From: Balanoglossus misakiensis
Taxonomy: Eukaryota; Animalia; Hemichordata
Length of the DNA stretch: 64,000 bases
Assembly: GCA_040954595.2 (NCBI GenBank)
Contig: JBECUI020000036.1
Coordinates: forward strand, 62,001-126,000
Direction of reading: 5' to 3'
Shown here: positions 60,797-64,000 of the stretch, in pieces
Layout of the letters: every line of letters starts with the position of its first letter
How positions within the stretch are numbered: the stretch's first letter is position 1
The notes under the pieces: generated by a model
What the model was told of the DNA's origin: nothing
Seen by the model: only the letters and a program-made list of their open reading frames with translations
The model's database searches: none
Translations under genes and position numbers: made by a program

Positions 60797-62088
60797 CGCG
60801 AAATGCGATATACAAGAACACTCTGTACATACACCTTGTCCCAACTATCTTGCCATGATTGAATACCATCGGATATATCCACTGCATCAGGTGTTTCTAT
60901 GGATATGTTCAAACTCAATCCCTCAGCCAAATGAAATGTCCCGCTCAAGGCCCCACGCAGAGTCCAAGGGCTGTCGGAGAACTCTATACGAAACGATAAT
61001 CTATCCTTCCAGTTCATACTTATACCGTACCTCTGTTCGATAATGCCCCGCCCATCTATCGTCCAGGTTCCACTAAGGTCGATACGGAGCTTTTGCACGT
61101 GTATACTACATTGATAACGTATATCTTCGCTCACCCCCATTACCCCAGAAATACTCAGGCTATTGGAAAGAGAAATAGAAGAGGTTAATGCTGATGTCAA
61201 ACCGAGTTTAACCGTCTGTTCAAGTTCTCTCCTCTTCGTCTCGGGGGACAAAAGGTAGTCGGGGTAGTCCTGTTCATACGCAACTTGATACCCTAACTCA
61301 ATTCCTGAGAAACGAAATGAGACACTGGTAGAGCATGACCATTCTCTCATACTCATCTTCCCGCCTGGCATACGATACCGGTTCTGGCCATATGCAAGCA
61401 GCATAGCTACTGTTATTGGTCGGTAATATATGCGGGCATAGGTTATACTTCGTAGCCGCGGGGCTATCCGGGTACCCAATGATACAAAGAGATCACTGGT
61501 AAAACGCAGATGCGTATTTTTGTACCCCACTGAGGTAGCAAGATGCTGCACCGGAACCGCCGGGCTATCTGCCTCGTAAAACCAGCTATCTTCTTTTTTT
61601 CTTGTTGAGCGACTATTCATAGTAAGCGTTTGTACCTCAATACCCTGCGGAAAACGAAAGAAGAGGCCAGCCCCCAGTCCATACCAGTACTGACTTTGCC
61701 AAAACCATAACGAAATAGGAAGAAGGACCAGTGCTGCACTGATAGTACTACCGGTACCGACAGTAAAATATGTCCGTTCACCAGCTGATGCCGACCATGC
61801 ACGAACGCTATCGGGATTTTTCAGTCGTGTATACAATCCGTGAGACTGAAGGGTGCCGACCTTTAACCAATCTGTTTGTAATGAAAAAGAATACGAATGC
61901 TTGTTCTTCAAGCTATCATGCTTATACAAAAGAGAATACTTCCCAAGCGATGTGTATATGTTTATATCGGTACTGTATAGCAAATGGCTATCAACTGAAT
62001 TGCTTAATTTGATATTCAACCATTGCAGCGGGGCGGCACCGGCAATAGAATGGAAGAGAAGCAGTCCTAACGATACAACAACTCGCAT
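60793..62088 (-). CDS. Hypothetical exported protein, beta-strand rich
   Basis: Signal peptide ending AGA; many alternating hydrophobic/polar, aromatic-rich segments. Confidence 0.6.
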   Translation of the reverse strand: MRVVVSLGLLLFHSIAGAAPLQWLNIKLSNSVDSHLLYSTDINIYTSLGKYSLLYKHDSLKNKHSYSFSLQTDWLKVGTLQSHGLYTRLKNPDSVRAWSASAGERTYFTVGTGSTISAALVLLPISLWFWQSQYWYGLGAGLFFRFPQGIEVQTLTMNSRSTRKKEDSWFYEADSPAVPVQHLATSVGYKNTHLRFTSDLFVSLGTRIAPRLRSITYARIYYRPITVAMLLAYGQNRYRMPGGKMSMREWSCSTSVSFRFSGIELGYQVAYEQDYPDYLLSPETKRRELEQTVKLGLTSALTSSISLSNSLSISGVMGVSEDIRYQCSIHVQKLRIDLSGTWTIDGRGIIEQRYGISMNWKDRLSFRIEFSDSPWTLRGALSGTFHLAEGLSLNISIETPDAVDISDGIQSWQDSWDKVYVQSVLVYRISR

Positions 62089-62122
62089 ATATTGATATAA
62101 CGATCATGCTGTATCCTTTGCT

Positions 62123-62923
62123 TCAGGAGAAACGTTTTTTCTTCAGGTATTCCCTACTGATAAAGATATACAATCGTTCAAGAAACGATATAAAAACCAG
62201 TCCGGCGGCTATCATTTCAAGATACGGGTGTAACTGTTGCACTAGTGGACGCCAATTGTCAAAGAGGGTCAGGAAACCAATATTATAGAAGAGAAAAATA
62301 CCGCAAATCATCACCTTGCCCAGTATTGTCGACCGCATTACTACCTTTTGACTAAGCATAATAATTGTTGCTAACAGACCCTGTACCGTAAGACGAACCA
62401 TAATGAGGATAATAAACCAGAAGGAGAGCCAATTAATAGAAAACAAAAAGAAAGAAACGGCTACAAGTATATAATAATCAGCCATTGGATCAAGGTGTTG
62501 ACCAATACGCGTTATCTGATTCTTTCGGGCTATCCATCCATCAAGCAGATCGCTTAGTGAAATAAGAACGATAAGCACCAATAAGCCAAGGATGCTACTC
62601 TGATTCGTACTCGCACTAAATAGCAAGAAATGCAAATTCGGTACCGACGTCAACCGAAAAAGGGTAATGACATTAGCAACATTCATGGCATCCAAGGGCT
62701 TCTCTTGTTGCGCAGTAATAATAACAAAGTCTTGTTTCCTTATGAACAGGAATACAAGAAGCCCTACATGCGTTATGATAATCCAGATGACCCACCATAT
62801 AAGCCCATTCGTCTGTTCATCGCGTGCAAGATTTCGTGCAAAGAATATCCATACAAGCAACTGGAAAGCAAAATAGAACGAGACCCAGGCATATATTTGA
62901 TTTCGTAATTTATGCACAGGCAA
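62123..62923 (-). CDS. CDP-alcohol phosphatidyltransferase family protein
   Basis: AN.IT.FR, SDLLDGWIARK...T.IG..LDPMAD. Confidence 0.9.
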   Translation of the reverse strand: MPVHKLRNQIYAWVSFYFAFQLLVWIFFARNLARDEQTNGLIWWVIWIIITHVGLLVFLFIRKQDFVIITAQQEKPLDAMNVANVITLFRLTSVPNLHFLLFSASTNQSSILGLLVLIVLISLSDLLDGWIARKNQITRIGQHLDPMADYYILVAVSFFLFSINWLSFWFIILIMVRLTVQGLLATIIMLSQKVVMRSTILGKVMICGIFLFYNIGFLTLFDNWRPLVQQLHPYLEMIAAGLVFISFLERLYIFISREYLKKKRFS

Positions 62924-62939
62924 TACCTAAATATTCGGA

Positions 62940-63416
62940 TCAGGTGCTACAGTTACATGTGCCCCCACAAGCACAGGCATACCCATCCGGGCGTTCATGA
63001 TCAACGGCTAATATAGTAACTTGAAACGTCAAGGTCTCGCCAGCAAGTGGATGATTTGCATCAAGTACTATCATATCATCCTCTATAGCGGTTACCGTCA
63101 TTACTTGTTTATTAATATTTACCCTCATGCCAACTTGCAAATCAGAAATGTTTTCGAATACCGTGCGTGGCACACTCCGGACTAATGATGGATCATGTGT
63201 TCCATATCCCTCTTCTGGGGACAAAACAAAACTAAAGGTATCCCCAACCTGCTTGTTTTCCAATGCCTTATCAAGACCCGGCACAACATCACCATTTCCA
63301 TGGAGAAGAATCATGGGCCCACTTTGCTCGGAACTGCCAAGAACCTGCCCAGAACTTGCTGAAAAAGAATATTTAATAGTTATATACGCATTTTTTTGTA
63401 CTGTATCGGTACTCAT
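62940..63416 (-). CDS. slyD: FKBP-type peptidyl-prolyl isomerase
   Basis: GLDKAL, PEEGYG, DANHPLAGETL.F; short Cys-rich tail. Confidence 0.9.
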   Translation of the reverse strand: MSTDTVQKNAYITIKYSFSASSGQVLGSSEQSGPMILLHGNGDVVPGLDKALENKQVGDTFSFVLSPEEGYGTHDPSLVRSVPRTVFENISDLQVGMRVNINKQVMTVTAIEDDMIVLDANHPLAGETLTFQVTILAVDHERPDGYACACGGTCNCST

Positions 63417-63419
63417 ATA

Positions 63420-63974
63420 CTACTCCACTGTTGTAAACCGTTGCAAATACCATTTGCACTCATCAAGAAAGTCCTCAACATAATTTTGCATATCCGGAAC
63501 ATTGCTTGAACCGTCTTCGGCAATATTTGTATGTACAGAAGGAATAGGCAATATCTGTGGCAACGAAATGCCACCAACTCCCGCAATAAGACTGCGTAAC
63601 TGTTCCCCCGCCCGTATGCCTCCAAAAGGACCCATAGAATAGGTTACAATCGCAAATGGTTTTCTATAGAACTCATCTTTGAAATAGTCCAAGATATTTG
63701 ACAACCCAGGTGGAATACTGTAATTATACTCAGGGCTGATAAGCATATATCCCGGTGCTTCTGCAAAGATTTTTGACAAATTTACTAAGGACTCCGGGGC
63801 AGCACCCTCCCCGTAGTCTTGGTATCTATTTAATAAAATACCAATATCCATTTTTTTGGGGTCAACAACAATGCCCTGCATACCCTTCTTTTCCATAAAC
63901 GAACGAACAAACGCTGCAACACGATCACCCATCCTCATTTCACGATACGATCCGATAATTATTGGAACTTTCAT
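63420..63974 (-). CDS. NADPH-dependent FMN reductase family protein
   Basis: GSYR, SPEYNYSIP..L.N.LD, YSMGPFGG.RA. Confidence 0.92.
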   Translation of the reverse strand: MKVPIIIGSYREMRMGDRVAAFVRSFMEKKGMQGIVVDPKKMDIGILLNRYQDYGEGAAPESLVNLSKIFAEAPGYMLISPEYNYSIPPGLSNILDYFKDEFYRKPFAIVTYSMGPFGGIRAGEQLRSLIAGVGGISLPQILPIPSVHTNIAEDGSSNVPDMQNYVEDFLDECKWYLQRFTTVE

Positions 63975-64000
63975 ACATTTTCCTTCCTTCCTATCAGCAA

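Overview
Chromosomal window from a spirochaete-like bacterium. The assignment is inferred from the truA-DUF2225-acpS-cdaR-cdaA, PASTA-fmt-def-priA and miaA-rpoZ blocks, a type-2 IleRS and a double-cNMP Crp-like gene. Most of the window is housekeeping: aspS-gatBAC, his genes, hisS, hrpA, aroB, ileS, topA, glyA, murB, mgtE. There are two AT-rich accessory zones. (1) 0.3-3.7 kb holds a UDG-superfamily gene boxed by a 74-bp direct repeat, a WD40-like remnant, and a HipA-like kinase followed by a HipS-like gene with no HipB. (2) 39.5-49.9 kb holds a 1751-aa FN3/GLUG lipoprotein and a defence-type island: Fic remnant, darT, darG, a gene with 14 x 37-aa TPRs fused to a DUF2971-like (predicted ART-like) domain, a decayed 140-bp darT copy and an ATPase remnant. 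The best candidate for an undescribed system is the DarTG + hypervariable-TPR/DUF2971 module. Other observations: an unannotated 31-aa bS22 gene, many leaderless-type promoters, and five single-base frameshifts in short homopolymers (ileS, def, priA, crp-like, murB) that are most likely assembly errors. No tRNA, rRNA, CRISPR array, integrase, transposase or reverse transcriptase was recognised. All calls come from reading motifs by eye; no database search was run.
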